Source of the DNA: Candidatus Nanoarchaeia archaeon
GTDB lineage: Archaea; Nanobdellota; Nanobdellia; Woesearchaeales; UBA525
Length of the DNA stretch: 64,000 bases
Assembly (NCBI GenBank): GCA_028279755.1
Contig: JANQNB010000011.1
Location: forward strand, 4,501-68,500
Direction: 5' to 3'
In this document: piece by piece, positions 18,117 through 27,869 of the stretch
Numbering within the stretch: position 1 is the stretch's first letter
Layout of the letters: each line of letters starts with the position of its first letter
The notes under the pieces: model-generated
The model's database searches: none
Seen by the model: the letters and a program-made list of their open reading frames with translations, nothing else
Told to the model about the DNA's origin: nothing
Position numbers and translations under genes: made by a program

Positions 18117-18671
18117 ATGATTCGACGTCTCCTTGGCAGGAAGCGGCCACAGCGCACTGCGCCTGAATCAGTGCTGGAAATCTCCTGCAACAGAGAGCTC
18201 ACGCCTGTTACTGCAGAAGCCTCCATCACTGCTGCTGACGGCTGGTGGACGTACACCATCAAAGCTGCTGACTACACCTTGCCTGACGGACATTTCTTTG
18301 GGGGGAAACGCAAAGGAAGACCTGAAAAACAACCAGACGTCGCAGTCCTGGACCCGCCGCGAGGGCTCTCAGCCTTGCACCTCTTCTTCGCATGGCAATC
18401 CTACCCTGCTGGAGGTCCAGTGGGTGCTCGGCCGGGTGACTGGTGGGTATTCAATATCGGCGCCCTCCCCTTGTGGAATGAGCGTGAGGAAACTGCCTTG
18501 ATGCATCCGGGTTACAGCACGAGAAAACGATGCGGGAAAACGCGTACAGGACTGGGCGACTATGCGTACCATGAAACTCAGGAACCTTTCCAGATCCGCG
18601 AACTGATTGAAGTGGAACTCCTGTACAAGATGGCCGGACTCAAGATCCGCATGACACCGCAACCCTTATAA
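18117..18671 (+). CDS. Hypothetical protein with a DPPRG motif
   Basis: Start placed at Met MIRRLL, 25 bp after TATA TTTATAAG (18085-18092). Contains AVLDPPRG but no GxGxG SAM loop. Confidence 0.45.
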   Translation: MIRRLLGRKRPQRTAPESVLEISCNRELTPVTAEASITAADGWWTYTIKAADYTLPDGHFFGGKRKGRPEKQPDVAVLDPPRGLSALHLFFAWQSYPAGGPVGARPGDWWVFNIGALPLWNEREETALMHPGYSTRKRCGKTRTGLGDYAYHETQEPFQIRELIEVELLYKMAGLKIRMTPQPL

Positions 18672-18705
18672 ACCACGTTCTCACAGGTTTTTCAGAGGTG
18701 ATACC

Positions 18706-19401
18706 ATGAAGATCACAATCTACAAAGATGCTAAAATCAAGAAAAACCCGATCATCATCGAAGGCTTTCCCGGCTTCGGCCTTGTCGGCACGATCGCGAC
18801 CGAATTCCTCATCGACCACCTCAAGACCCGACTTGTTGGCGAGTTCTCATTTCCGGAACTGCCCGCGACAACCGCGATCCACAACGGCGAAGTCGTCAAG
18901 CCGATGGCGATCCACTACAGCGAGAAGCACAACATCCTCATCTTCCACACCATCCTGAGCGTGAAAGGCCATGAATGGGAAGCGGCAGAGGAAGTCGCGC
19001 GCATCGCGAAAGAATTCAACGCCAAAGAAGTCATCAGCCTGGAAGGCGTGAACGCGCTCGCCGGCGCGAACTCGTCAGTCTACTCCTACGGCAACCCTAA
19101 GCTGGAAGAGCTCGGCGCGACCGCGATGAAAGAGAGCGTGATCATGGGCGTCACCGCAGCCTTATTGCTCCAGACAGAGAACACCACCTGCCTTTTTGCG
19201 GAAACGCAATCCGGATTGCCGGACAGCAAGGCAGCGGCAGTGATCATCGACGTGCTGAACAAATACCTCGACCTCGGCGTGAACCCAGAGCCTTTGCTCA
19301 AGCAAGCGACCCAATTCGAGGAGAAGCTCAAGAACATCCTGCAACAGACCCAGAAGACAGTGAGCGAAGCAGACAAGAAGAACCTGAGCTATCTCGGATA
19401 A
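18706..19401 (+). CDS. PAC2-family proteasome assembly chaperone (COG1938)
   Basis: IIEGFPGFGLVGTIA N-terminal signature of PAC2/PbaA-like proteins. Confidence 0.75.
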   Translation: MKITIYKDAKIKKNPIIIEGFPGFGLVGTIATEFLIDHLKTRLVGEFSFPELPATTAIHNGEVVKPMAIHYSEKHNILIFHTILSVKGHEWEAAEEVARIAKEFNAKEVISLEGVNALAGANSSVYSYGNPKLEELGATAMKESVIMGVTAALLLQTENTTCLFAETQSGLPDSKAAAVIIDVLNKYLDLGVNPEPLLKQATQFEEKLKNILQQTQKTVSEADKKNLSYLG

Positions 19402-19402
19402 A

Positions 19403-20653
19403 CTATTTCTTCTTCTTATGTGCCGGCTTGGACGGCGCTGGCGTCGGCGTCGCTTCCGGCTCCTCCAGGATCTCCTTCTTGATGAAGAACTTGCTCAAAC
19501 GATCAGTCATGCTACCGAGCAATAGGCTGTACACCACGAAAAGGATCATGAGGGTGAGCAGGCCGTTGAACTCGAGCTGCAATACGGCGAACGCGAAGGT
19601 GACGACAGCGACCGCGATACCTTTCGGCGCGTGCAAGGTCATGAAGACCTTCTCCCGGAACTTGAACTCAGAACCATGCAGCGCGATCATCACCGCGATG
19701 AAACGGGCCAACACGCCGGCAAGGAATAAGAGCAGGCTCTTCAGGAAGAAGACCAGGCTGAAATCCAGGGTGACAAGCATGCCGACGAGCAGGAAGACAA
19801 GGATCTCCAGCGAGGTCGCGAGCAGGGTGCTGAATTCCACGAGCTGGCCCTTGCGTTTCACATAGCTGTTGCCGAACACAAGGCCGAGGGTGGCGACCGC
19901 GACCACGCCATTGCCTGCCAGATTCTCAGCGAGCACGTACGTCAAGACGGTCGTTGCGATGACCACGAGCGGGCTCAGCTTCTTCGAGTAATGCTTTCGC
20001 ATCATCCGGAAGACGAGAATGCCAAGCAGCATGCCAGTGCCGACGCCAACGATAATCTGCTGCAGGAAGGGCACGATCAGCTCGGTGAAGGTCGAAGTGA
20101 CGTTCAGGTCGGTCACGCCCTGCAATATGTCCAGGAGGAGGAAGGGGATGATCACGATCAAGGGCGTGTTCAATACAGCCTCGAGCCTGATGAAGTCCAG
20201 CACCTTATGCTTTGTCTCGCCCAGCATGACGAACACGCTCCCAGGATCAGTGCCTGCCATGATCACCGCGAAAATGAGGGCGAGGATGACCCCGCGCAGG
20301 GTGAAATCGAGATAGAGAAAGAGAGTGGCGCTGCCCAGGATGAGGATGTTGCAGATGATGAACGCGATCACCAACTCGACAGCGCGCGTGCTCCGCTTAT
20401 CCAGGTCCTGGAGCGTGAACCGGCTGCTGCCATCGAACACGATCATCGCCAAGGTGAGCAAGGAAAGCGCGACCAGGAATTGCGTCTCGAACGAGAAGAT
20501 CCCGGTCTCGTTCAGGCCGGTGTTCGCGATGAGGATGCCGATCAGGACATAGAGGAGGATGCTGCTCACCCGGAGCTTGCGCGCGACAACGCTCGCCACG
20601 ATGCCGATGATCAGCAGCAAGACCAGACCTGTCAGATAGAAAATTGCATCCAC
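19403..20653 (-). CDS. Na+/H+ (cation:proton) antiporter, CPA1/NhaP-type
   Basis: 416 aa with 10+ TM helices and sodium/hydrogen-exchanger family sequence features. Confidence 0.8.
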   Translation of the reverse strand: MDAIFYLTGLVLLLIIGIVASVVARKLRVSSILLYVLIGILIANTGLNETGIFSFETQFLVALSLLTLAMIVFDGSSRFTLQDLDKRSTRAVELVIAFIICNILILGSATLFLYLDFTLRGVILALIFAVIMAGTDPGSVFVMLGETKHKVLDFIRLEAVLNTPLIVIIPFLLLDILQGVTDLNVTSTFTELIVPFLQQIIVGVGTGMLLGILVFRMMRKHYSKKLSPLVVIATTVLTYVLAENLAGNGVVAVATLGLVFGNSYVKRKGQLVEFSTLLATSLEILVFLLVGMLVTLDFSLVFFLKSLLLFLAGVLARFIAVMIALHGSEFKFREKVFMTLHAPKGIAVAVVTFAFAVLQLEFNGLLTLMILFVVYSLLLGSMTDRLSKFFIKKEILEEPEATPTPAPSKPAHKKKK

Positions 20654-20686
20654 ATACCCACCTCACAAGCCTCACCGACTGGAGAA

Positions 20687-20694
20687 TTTATAAA
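20687..20694. promoter_or_regulatory. Palindromic TATA (TTTATAAA) shared by the antiporter (-) and cca (+)
   Basis: 33 bp from each divergent ATG (20653 and 20727). Confidence 0.5.
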
Positions 20695-20726
20695 ACTTTT
20701 TAAGATGGACATTCTCAGAGGAGAGC

Positions 20727-22010
20727 ATGGCGCAGGACGTGGAGGCACTGCTCGCAGAAGTCCTCACGCGGATCAAACCAGGAGCGACCCAATTCAAGGA
20801 AGCGAGCATCTTTGTCAAGCGCCTGAACAAGCAGCTCAAGCACGCTGGCGTGAAGGCGAAAGCGATCATCGCCGGCAGCACGGCAAAAGGCACCTTCCTC
20901 AAAGGGGATCACGATATCGACATCTTCGTCCGCTTCGACCGTAAACGCTACGGCGAGCACAGCGACAAGCTCAGCGAACTCCTGGCGCCACTCCTCCCCC
21001 AGGGGAGTGAGCGGATCCACGGCAGCAGGGACTACTTCCAGGTCAAACACGAAGGCTATATGCACGAGATCGTGCCGGTGCTGAAGGTGAGCAAAGCGAG
21101 CCAGGCGAGGAATGTTACTGACATGAGCCCGCTGCACGTGCACTACGCAGTGCGTCATATTCGACGGAACAAAGGACTTGCCGACGAGATACGGCTCGCG
21201 AAACAATTCTGCAAAGCCATCAAGGTCTATGGCGCGGAAAGCTACATCAACGGGTTCAGCGGGCATGTCCTCGACCTGCTTCTCTTCCGTTACCAGACAT
21301 TCCAGCGACTGCTCACGGCTGCGGCGCAATGGGGCACGAACGTGGTCATCGACCTTGAGCGCCACCACGCAAAACCAGAGTTTGCACTCGAAAAATCCAA
21401 ACGCCTCGGCCCGATGATCATCATCGATCCGGTGCAGCCAGAACGGAACGCTGCCGCGGCGCTCTCGCACGAGAAATTCGAACGCTTCAAAGAAGCAGCG
21501 CGCGCCTTCCTCGACGAGCCAGCGCTGAAGTATTTCAAAGTAGAAGCGCTCACCCCTGCGCGCATCAGGCACGAATATGAGAAACGCGTAGATGAGTTCA
21601 GGGTCAACAGCCGATTGTTTATCCTCGAGAGCGAACCGATGGACGGCAAGGAGGACGTTGTCGCGACCAAACTGCTCAAAGTGCACCACTACCTCGTGCG
21701 GCAGCTCAAACGCCATGACTTCACTGTGCTGGACGACGGTTTTGAATACGAGAAACAGCACGGCTACGCACTCCACTACATCGTGGTCAGGAACCAACGC
21801 CTGAGCGAGAAGAAAGAATGGCAAGGCCCGCCAGTCACGGCGAAACGGGACGCGAAACGCTTCCGCGACAAGCACACCGGCGTGCGCGAACGCAAAGGAA
21901 GGCTCTACGCGAAAGTCAGGCGCCAGTACCGGACGCCTTTGCAGGCATTGCACGACCTGACCAGGAACCAATACGTCTACGATCGCGCATGGCGTGTGGA
22001 TATTGTCTAG
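20727..22010 (+). CDS. cca: CCA-adding enzyme (archaeal class I tRNA nucleotidyltransferase)
   Basis: 427 aa with the GSTAKGTFLKGDHDIDIF nucleotidyltransferase motif typical of archaeal CCA enzymes. Confidence 0.88.
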   Translation: MAQDVEALLAEVLTRIKPGATQFKEASIFVKRLNKQLKHAGVKAKAIIAGSTAKGTFLKGDHDIDIFVRFDRKRYGEHSDKLSELLAPLLPQGSERIHGSRDYFQVKHEGYMHEIVPVLKVSKASQARNVTDMSPLHVHYAVRHIRRNKGLADEIRLAKQFCKAIKVYGAESYINGFSGHVLDLLLFRYQTFQRLLTAAAQWGTNVVIDLERHHAKPEFALEKSKRLGPMIIIDPVQPERNAAAALSHEKFERFKEAARAFLDEPALKYFKVEALTPARIRHEYEKRVDEFRVNSRLFILESEPMDGKEDVVATKLLKVHHYLVRQLKRHDFTVLDDGFEYEKQHGYALHYIVVRNQRLSEKKEWQGPPVTAKRDAKRFRDKHTGVRERKGRLYAKVRRQYRTPLQALHDLTRNQYVYDRAWRVDIV

Positions 22011-22050
22011 GGCACAAACTATATAAAAGCACCTCTTGTTCTGCGACCCC

Positions 22051-23178
22051 ATGGCTTCGAGGAGAGAACGACGTCTGCAGCGCAAGAAACGCGTGAAAGA
22101 ACGCGCGCCAGTGCAGGCTGCGCCTGCTGCGCAGAAAAGCCTGTTCCACCGGATCTTCCATGACAATTACAAGAAATTGCTCATCATCCCATTCATCATT
22201 CTCGTCCTGGCGCTTGTCCAGATCGGCATCCAGACAGCCACGACCGGCGACTTCCTCATCAAGGGCGTCTCCTTGCGCGGCGGCATCACCATCACCGTGC
22301 CAGTCGAGGACAGCAGCGTTACGGTCGAACAAGTCGAAGACGTGCTCCAGCAAGCATACCCTGCCAGCGAGCTCGTGGTGCGCGGCCTGAGCGAATTCGG
22401 ACAGCTCAGAGGCGTCACAGTCGAACTGCCTGCAGACACGGAAAACGAGGAAGAATTGCGAGCGCTTGAACAAAGCGTGGTCGCGAATCTCGAACGCGTC
22501 ATCCCAGGAGCGAGCGACACCTACAGCATCGAAGTCATCGGGCCAAGTCTTGGAGAGACGTTCTTCCGCCAGACAATGACAGCGGTGTTCATCGCGTTCA
22601 TTCTCATGGGCTTGGTCGTGTTCTTCTACTTCGGCGAGAACACCAAAGCCAAGATCGCGGCAGTCGTGCTCAGCGCGATCGCCTACTTCCTGTTCCGGGG
22701 CGCCAATTCCACGACCGACTATGTCTTCATGGTGATCATCGGCATTCTCCTCGCAGGGCTCTACCTGTATTTCAGCCCGCCGAGCGCGGCAGTCATCCTG
22801 GCTGCGTTCAGCGACATTGTGGTAACGCTCGCCGTTGTCAACATGCTCGGAGTGAAGATCAGCACAGCAGGCGTGGCCGCATTCCTCATGCTCATCGGTT
22901 ACAGCGTCGACACCGACATCCTGCTCAGCACGCGCGTGCTCAGGCAACGGCGCGGCACAGTCTATGACAGCATCCTCTCCTCGATGAAGACTGGTATCCT
23001 GATGAGCGTCACGAGCTTCATCGCAGCGGTGATCGGCTTCTTCGTCAGCCAGAGCACGACCATCAAGCAGATCATGCTCATCATCCTGATCGGACTCCTC
23101 GTTGACATCATCAACACCTGGCTGCAGAACGCGGGTATCATCAGGATGTACGCCGAACGGCGGGAGGCCGCACGATGA
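22051..23178 (+). CDS. secF: Protein-export membrane protein SecF
   Basis: TM1, then a periplasmic domain, then 5 TMs. Start at MASRRER, 24 bp after TATA 22019-22027. Confidence 0.8.
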   Translation: MASRRERRLQRKKRVKERAPVQAAPAAQKSLFHRIFHDNYKKLLIIPFIILVLALVQIGIQTATTGDFLIKGVSLRGGITITVPVEDSSVTVEQVEDVLQQAYPASELVVRGLSEFGQLRGVTVELPADTENEEELRALEQSVVANLERVIPGASDTYSIEVIGPSLGETFFRQTMTAVFIAFILMGLVVFFYFGENTKAKIAAVVLSAIAYFLFRGANSTTDYVFMVIIGILLAGLYLYFSPPSAAVILAAFSDIVVTLAVVNMLGVKISTAGVAAFLMLIGYSVDTDILLSTRVLRQRRGTVYDSILSSMKTGILMSVTSFIAAVIGFFVSQSTTIKQIMLIILIGLLVDIINTWLQNAGIIRMYAERREAAR

Positions 23179-24893
23179 AGACAGTCAAGCGTATCTTCAC
23201 CAATTGGCGCGTCCTGCTCCTGATCGGCACGCTCATCCTGGCGCTCATCGCGATCAGTCCCAGGCCCTGGAGCGAAGGCGCGGCCATCAGATCGATCGCC
23301 AAGGACAGCGCAGCAGAACTCTCCGGCATCCCGGCGCCAGGACCGCGCATCACGCCAGTCGCGCGCGAACGCGTCATCGCGATCAACAACAAGCCCATCA
23401 CGACAGCTGCGGAATATTTCCAGACTGTGAACGCAATCACCGCCCTGGGCGTGAACAAGTCATTCACCCTGCAGACCAATCAGAACCTCTACAGCCTGAC
23501 GACACAGGCAGAATACGAAACGATCATCCTCAACGAGACAGAACTCGTGAATGTCACGGAATACGTCTATAACGAGACCACGAACGAGACGACGAATTTC
23601 ACCCGGCAAGAGCTGCGCAACAAGACAGAGCAACGCTATGTCGGCGTGGAAGATGTGGGCTTGACCGTCTTTGACGCGCCGACCAACAACATCAGGCAAG
23701 GCCTTGATCTCAGCGGCGGCACCAGGGTAATCCTGCAACCCGCCGAGCCGGTGAGCCAGCAGGACCTGGACATCATCGTCGCGAACATCAAGGAGCGACT
23801 GAACGTGTTCGGGCTCAGCGACCTGGTCGTCAGGACCGCCACTGACCTGAACAAAAACGATTTCATCGTGGTCGAGATCGCGGGCGCGAACCAGGAAGAG
23901 GTGCGCGAGCTCATCGCCAAGCAGGGTAAGTTCGAAGCGCGCATCGGCAACGCCACCGTGTTCTTCGGCGGCGACAAGGATGTGACCTATGTCTGCCGCT
24001 CTGCCGACTGTAGCGGTATCGATCCGCGCGGTTGCGGACCGAGCGCTGACGGCTGGGCCTGCCGCTTCCGCTTCTCGATCTCGCTCAGCCCGGCAGCAGC
24101 AGCACGCCAAGCGGCTGTCACCGAGACACTCGGCGTCACGTTCGACCAGGGCGGTAGCTATCTTGACCAACCCCTTGACTTATATCTTGATGATGTGCTC
24201 GTTGACTCCCTGCGGATCAGTGCAGACCTGCAAGGACGCGCGGTCACGAACATCGAGATCAGCGGGCCAGGCGTGGGCAGGAACCAGCAGGAAGCAGTCC
24301 AGGACGCGCTCGTCAACATGAAGAAACTGCAGACCGTCATGATTACCGGGAGCCTGCCGGTCAAGCTGAACATTGTGAAAACCGACGCGGTCAGTCCGCT
24401 CCTGGGCAAGGAATTCGTGAACAACGCGATCCTGCTCGGCGTGTTGGCGCTCGCTGCAGTCGTGATCGTGGTCTTCATTCGCTATCGCGAGCCGCGCGTC
24501 ACGATCCCAATGATCATCACGCTCTCGTCAGAGGCGATACTGATCCTCGGCTTTGCCGCCGCTGCTGGCTGGAACCTTGACCTTGCCGCGATCGCTGCCA
24601 TCATCATCGCGATCGGTACTGGCGTCGACCACCAGATAGTGATCGCGGACGAGACCCTGAAAGGCAGCGTGTCCGCAGGCGGCGCGTGGAAAGAACGCAT
24701 CGCGCGCGCATTGTTCATCATCGTCGCAGCATATGTCACGACCGCAGCAGCCATGATCCCGCTTGTGAGCGCAGGCGCGGGCATGCTCCGCGGCTTCGCG
24801 ATCACCACCATCGTCGGCGTCAGCATCGGCGTGTTCATCACCCGACCAGCGTTCGCCGCCATGGTCGAGATCCTCGTGAACAAGGAGGAATAA
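23175..24893 (+). CDS. secD: Protein-export membrane protein SecD
   Basis: 572 aa with TM1, a large periplasmic domain and a 5-TM C-terminal block. ATGA overlap with secF. Confidence 0.85.
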   Translation: MKTVKRIFTNWRVLLLIGTLILALIAISPRPWSEGAAIRSIAKDSAAELSGIPAPGPRITPVARERVIAINNKPITTAAEYFQTVNAITALGVNKSFTLQTNQNLYSLTTQAEYETIILNETELVNVTEYVYNETTNETTNFTRQELRNKTEQRYVGVEDVGLTVFDAPTNNIRQGLDLSGGTRVILQPAEPVSQQDLDIIVANIKERLNVFGLSDLVVRTATDLNKNDFIVVEIAGANQEEVRELIAKQGKFEARIGNATVFFGGDKDVTYVCRSADCSGIDPRGCGPSADGWACRFRFSISLSPAAAARQAAVTETLGVTFDQGGSYLDQPLDLYLDDVLVDSLRISADLQGRAVTNIEISGPGVGRNQQEAVQDALVNMKKLQTVMITGSLPVKLNIVKTDAVSPLLGKEFVNNAILLGVLALAAVVIVVFIRYREPRVTIPMIITLSSEAILILGFAAAAGWNLDLAAIAAIIIAIGTGVDHQIVIADETLKGSVSAGGAWKERIARALFIIVAAYVTTAAAMIPLVSAGAGMLRGFAITTIVGVSIGVFITRPAFAAMVEILVNKEE

Positions 24894-24929
24894 AGCATAA
24901 AAAGTCATAATCAAGCCCCTAAACACAAT

Positions 24930-25023
24930 GGGCCTGTAGTCTAGTGGCTAAGCACAATGGTGCTCCACAGATGACGCTGCCTTGACATGGCAGAGGTCCC
25001 CGGTTCGAGTCCGGGCAGGCCCA
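24930..25023 (+). tRNA. tRNA-Val (anticodon GAC) with a putative 21-nt non-canonical intron in the D-loop
   Basis: Acceptor GGGCCTG/CAGGCCC, anticodon stem CTGCC/GGCAG with loop TTGACAT, T-arm CCCGG-TTCGAGT-CCGGG, discriminator A. The gene is 94 nt. The extra ~21 nt sit in the D-loop and include an AGCAC-AATG-GTGCT hairpin. Removing them leaves a 73-nt tRNA with D-arm GTC-TAGTGGCTAT-GAC. Confidence 0.7.
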
Positions 25024-25046
25024 GTTTATTATTCTGAGGAATCCAC

Positions 25047-25586
25047 ATGCCCGCGAGCAAACTCGACATCGAAGCGAGCAAGCGACGAGAGCTTGACTAT
25101 TATTCTGACCTTGCAGAAGGCTATGATGAGCTCCATCGAGAGGAGCAGGAAGAAAAAATAAAACTCATACTCAAAAATTTCAAAATTCTACCAGAAGAAA
25201 AACTCCTTGATGTCGGCTGCGGCACTGGCTTCAGTCTCACCATGTGGCCCTGCACTGATGCCACTGGCGCAGAGCCCAGCCATGCCATGATCCGGCAAGC
25301 GCCGAAAGACATTCAAAGCAAGATCATGCACATCCGCGCTGAAGACATGAGCATCTTTGCTGATCACGAATTCGACGTCGTCGTGTCGATCACTGCGATC
25401 CACAACTTCTCTGGCATCGAAGACGGCCTGCTGGAAATGAAACGGGTGGGGAAAAAGAAATTCGCCTTCACCGTGCTGAAGAAGAGCGAGAAGCTCGATG
25501 CGATCGACGGGTTGATCAGGAAGCACTTCCAGGTCAAGAAAGTTCTCGATGCCAATCAACATGACAGGATCTACTTAATTTGGTGA
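25047..25586 (+). CDS. Class I SAM-dependent methyltransferase
   Basis: LLDVGCGTGFS motif I, 179 aa. Confidence 0.7.
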   Translation: MPASKLDIEASKRRELDYYSDLAEGYDELHREEQEEKIKLILKNFKILPEEKLLDVGCGTGFSLTMWPCTDATGAEPSHAMIRQAPKDIQSKIMHIRAEDMSIFADHEFDVVVSITAIHNFSGIEDGLLEMKRVGKKKFAFTVLKKSEKLDAIDGLIRKHFQVKKVLDANQHDRIYLIW

Positions 25587-25643
25587 ATTCTGTTTTCATT
25601 CTCGAATGGTAAGTTTTTTATAGCCTGCCATGTTGCTCGTGGT

Positions 25644-26222
25644 ATGCAAAACAAGATTCTCCGGATCTCCAGAGAACGGCTTCTTGAAACAGGAAGGAAC
25701 TTGGCGACAGTCATCCACCCATTTCATCATTTTGTCCTCGGGGTTCCGAAGGCTGAGCGACATCGCTTCCATCTTACTGCTTACCTCCAAGGCCCGGGGG
25801 TAAATGAATGGCAATACCAATCGAATGGAGAAGGCTGGGATCTCACGTCACGCTCGCATCCTGCAACTGTCGTCGATGCGGTCAGACAGCCGGCCAAGCC
25901 GCGCTTTCGACATGTCAGCTTTGAAGTCACACATCCGCAACAGCTCATGAACGGATTGGATGGGATCTGGCACTTTCTTGCCTGCTATGACATGGCCTAT
26001 GACCGGCAACTCCATCCTGGAGAAGGCGTGCCAGGCATCGAGCTCGTGTACAACCACCCACGGATGGGACCGTGCCAAGTCGTTGCGAATCCTGAAACCC
26101 GCGGTGGCGTGTTCTTCTTTAACTTCGACGCAGTCCCGGTGCCAGCACGGAAAGTGATACGCAGCAAATATCATGTCCGCTGCCGAAGGCCATCTGCAAC
26201 AGTCGCAGTCCATAAAGCTTAA
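25644..26222 (+). CDS. VOC (glyoxalase/bleomycin-resistance/dioxygenase) family protein
   Basis: FRHVSFEVTHP and GIELVYNHP blocks look like VOC metal-binding motifs. TATA-like TTTTTTATAG lies 23 bp upstream. GC3 is lower than in neighbouring genes. Confidence 0.45.
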   Translation: MQNKILRISRERLLETGRNLATVIHPFHHFVLGVPKAERHRFHLTAYLQGPGVNEWQYQSNGEGWDLTSRSHPATVVDAVRQPAKPRFRHVSFEVTHPQQLMNGLDGIWHFLACYDMAYDRQLHPGEGVPGIELVYNHPRMGPCQVVANPETRGGVFFFNFDAVPVPARKVIRSKYHVRCRRPSATVAVHKA

Positions 26223-26248
26223 ATACTTCCCAGTTCTGGCTGTTTTGT

Positions 26249-27013
26249 ATGAAATTCACGGAGCGTCTTGTTACCTTTCTCAAAACCCTGAATCCGGACG
26301 CATACGGCAAGCTCGCGTCAGAGCTGTCTTTGCTCGAGACCTGGAAACAGTTCTTCTTTAACTACCTCCTCATCTTCGTCATCATGCTCTTCCTCTTCGT
26401 GCCTGCTGTCCTGTTCGGCGCCTCGACCTTGCAGGAACAGCTCGCGAGCTTCGACGAGTTCGAGCTTGACGGCAATTTCAGCGCGAGCCGACCGATCGTG
26501 CTCATGGACGGCCCGGACATCGTCGTCGACCTGTCGGAAAACAGGACGATCAAAGGCGAAGAGATCTTGTTCACCGAGGACGGCATCCAGTGGAAGCGTT
26601 TCCTGCTCTTCGGCAAGGCTGAGAAATCCTGGGATGAGGTCAAGGACCTGACTGACACGAGCGACGCAGCGCTCTTCGCGCTCCTGCTCTTCGTCGCGCC
26701 AAGCCTGGCCTTCTGGGTCGGCATCCTCTACCTGGCCATCTATCTCATCACGATCATCATCTTCGGCGTGGTCGCATACCTTGTGCCGAAGATCTGGCGG
26801 CACAAGCTCAGCTTCAAGAACGCGCTCAAGCTCAGCATCTTCGCCAGTACGGTCATGATGCTGATCGAGCTCTGGCTCCTGCCTTTCTACCGGAACTGGT
26901 GGCTGCCCTTCCTGATCTACCTCGTCTTCCTGGCCATCGGCATCGCGCTGGTCGGCGACCGCGAACTGAGCGGGGAAGGCCGCAAAAAGAAGAAGCATGA
27001 CATCTGGCACTAG
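26249..27013 (+). CDS. Hypothetical multi-pass membrane protein
   Basis: Six hydrophobic helices. The antisense 359-aa ORF is acidic junk. Confidence 0.6.
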   Translation: MKFTERLVTFLKTLNPDAYGKLASELSLLETWKQFFFNYLLIFVIMLFLFVPAVLFGASTLQEQLASFDEFELDGNFSASRPIVLMDGPDIVVDLSENRTIKGEEILFTEDGIQWKRFLLFGKAEKSWDEVKDLTDTSDAALFALLLFVAPSLAFWVGILYLAIYLITIIIFGVVAYLVPKIWRHKLSFKNALKLSIFASTVMMLIELWLLPFYRNWWLPFLIYLVFLAIGIALVGDRELSGEGRKKKKHDIWH

Positions 27014-27052
27014 AAAAGTATATAAGAGAGCCCTGGTATCACTCTTCAGGGG

Positions 27053-27826
27053 GTGGCGATTGTGAGCTTCAATGAAATGAGCAGAAACCTCGAAGACGCT
27101 GGAAGCAAGGAAGCCCGCGTGCGCGAGCTTGCGGAGAGCCTGCAGCGACGTGGTCTTGCGATGACTAAGGAAAGCGCACGCCAGCTTGCGGAATCCATGG
27201 TCGAGACCGAGCGCAAGGTGCAGCAGCGCTACCAGGAGAAAAAGGATTCTGCCACCCAGTACCCGAAGAAAGAGAATGTCCCTCTGCAGGAGACTGCACC
27301 AGGCTTTGCGCAGAAAGTCGAAGCACCAGAACCAACACAATCCTCGCAATCTTATCCAGAACTCAAACCAGACATGATAGTGAAAGACGCTGTTCAAGAG
27401 CCGACACCGGCAGCTGTCGCACCAGAACCTACAAGTCCAGAACCAGTAACCCCTGCACCAGAGCCTGATTCAGCGCCAACTCCTGATCCAGAACCAATCC
27501 CAGAAGCACCTGCTCCCCAAGCAGAACCAGAAACGGCTGCTGAACCAGCACAACCTGCCGAAGCAGCTGAGGAGTATCCGACACTTGGTGAAGATGAAAC
27601 TGATCATGCAGCCGAGCCTGGGGACGAAGAGCTTGCTGGGGAGGAAGTGCATGTCTCGCAACCAGCTGAGCAGGCGGATGACGGCGATTTTGTCGACATC
27701 TCTGAAGCTGGGAAAGAGCCGGAACAGGAAGCAGCGCCTGAAGCTCCAGAAGAGGAAGCGCCAAAGGAGAATCTGGCAAAGAAGCATGGCATCGACATCA
27801 CGCAGATGTTTGATGTGAACAAGTAG
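27053..27826 (+). CDS. Acidic Pro/Glu/Ala-rich low-complexity protein
   Basis: GTG start 25 bp after TATA (AGTATATAAG), or ATG at 27077. The central ~150 aa are PEPxPxP-like and the C-terminus ends KKHGIDITQMFDVNK. Confidence 0.5.
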   Translation: MAIVSFNEMSRNLEDAGSKEARVRELAESLQRRGLAMTKESARQLAESMVETERKVQQRYQEKKDSATQYPKKENVPLQETAPGFAQKVEAPEPTQSSQSYPELKPDMIVKDAVQEPTPAAVAPEPTSPEPVTPAPEPDSAPTPDPEPIPEAPAPQAEPETAAEPAQPAEAAEEYPTLGEDETDHAAEPGDEELAGEEVHVSQPAEQADDGDFVDISEAGKEPEQEAAPEAPEEEAPKENLAKKHGIDITQMFDVNK

Positions 27827-27869
27827 TACTCTTTTTCATGTAACTATCGTAAAGTTATAAAAGATATTC

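Noticed and set aside
25596-25820. 74-aa minus ORF and the 25848..26213 minus ORF opposite the VOC-like gene.
   Set aside because: The plus-strand frame shows VOC-like metal-binding blocks and a correctly spaced TATA. The minus frames look compositionally random.
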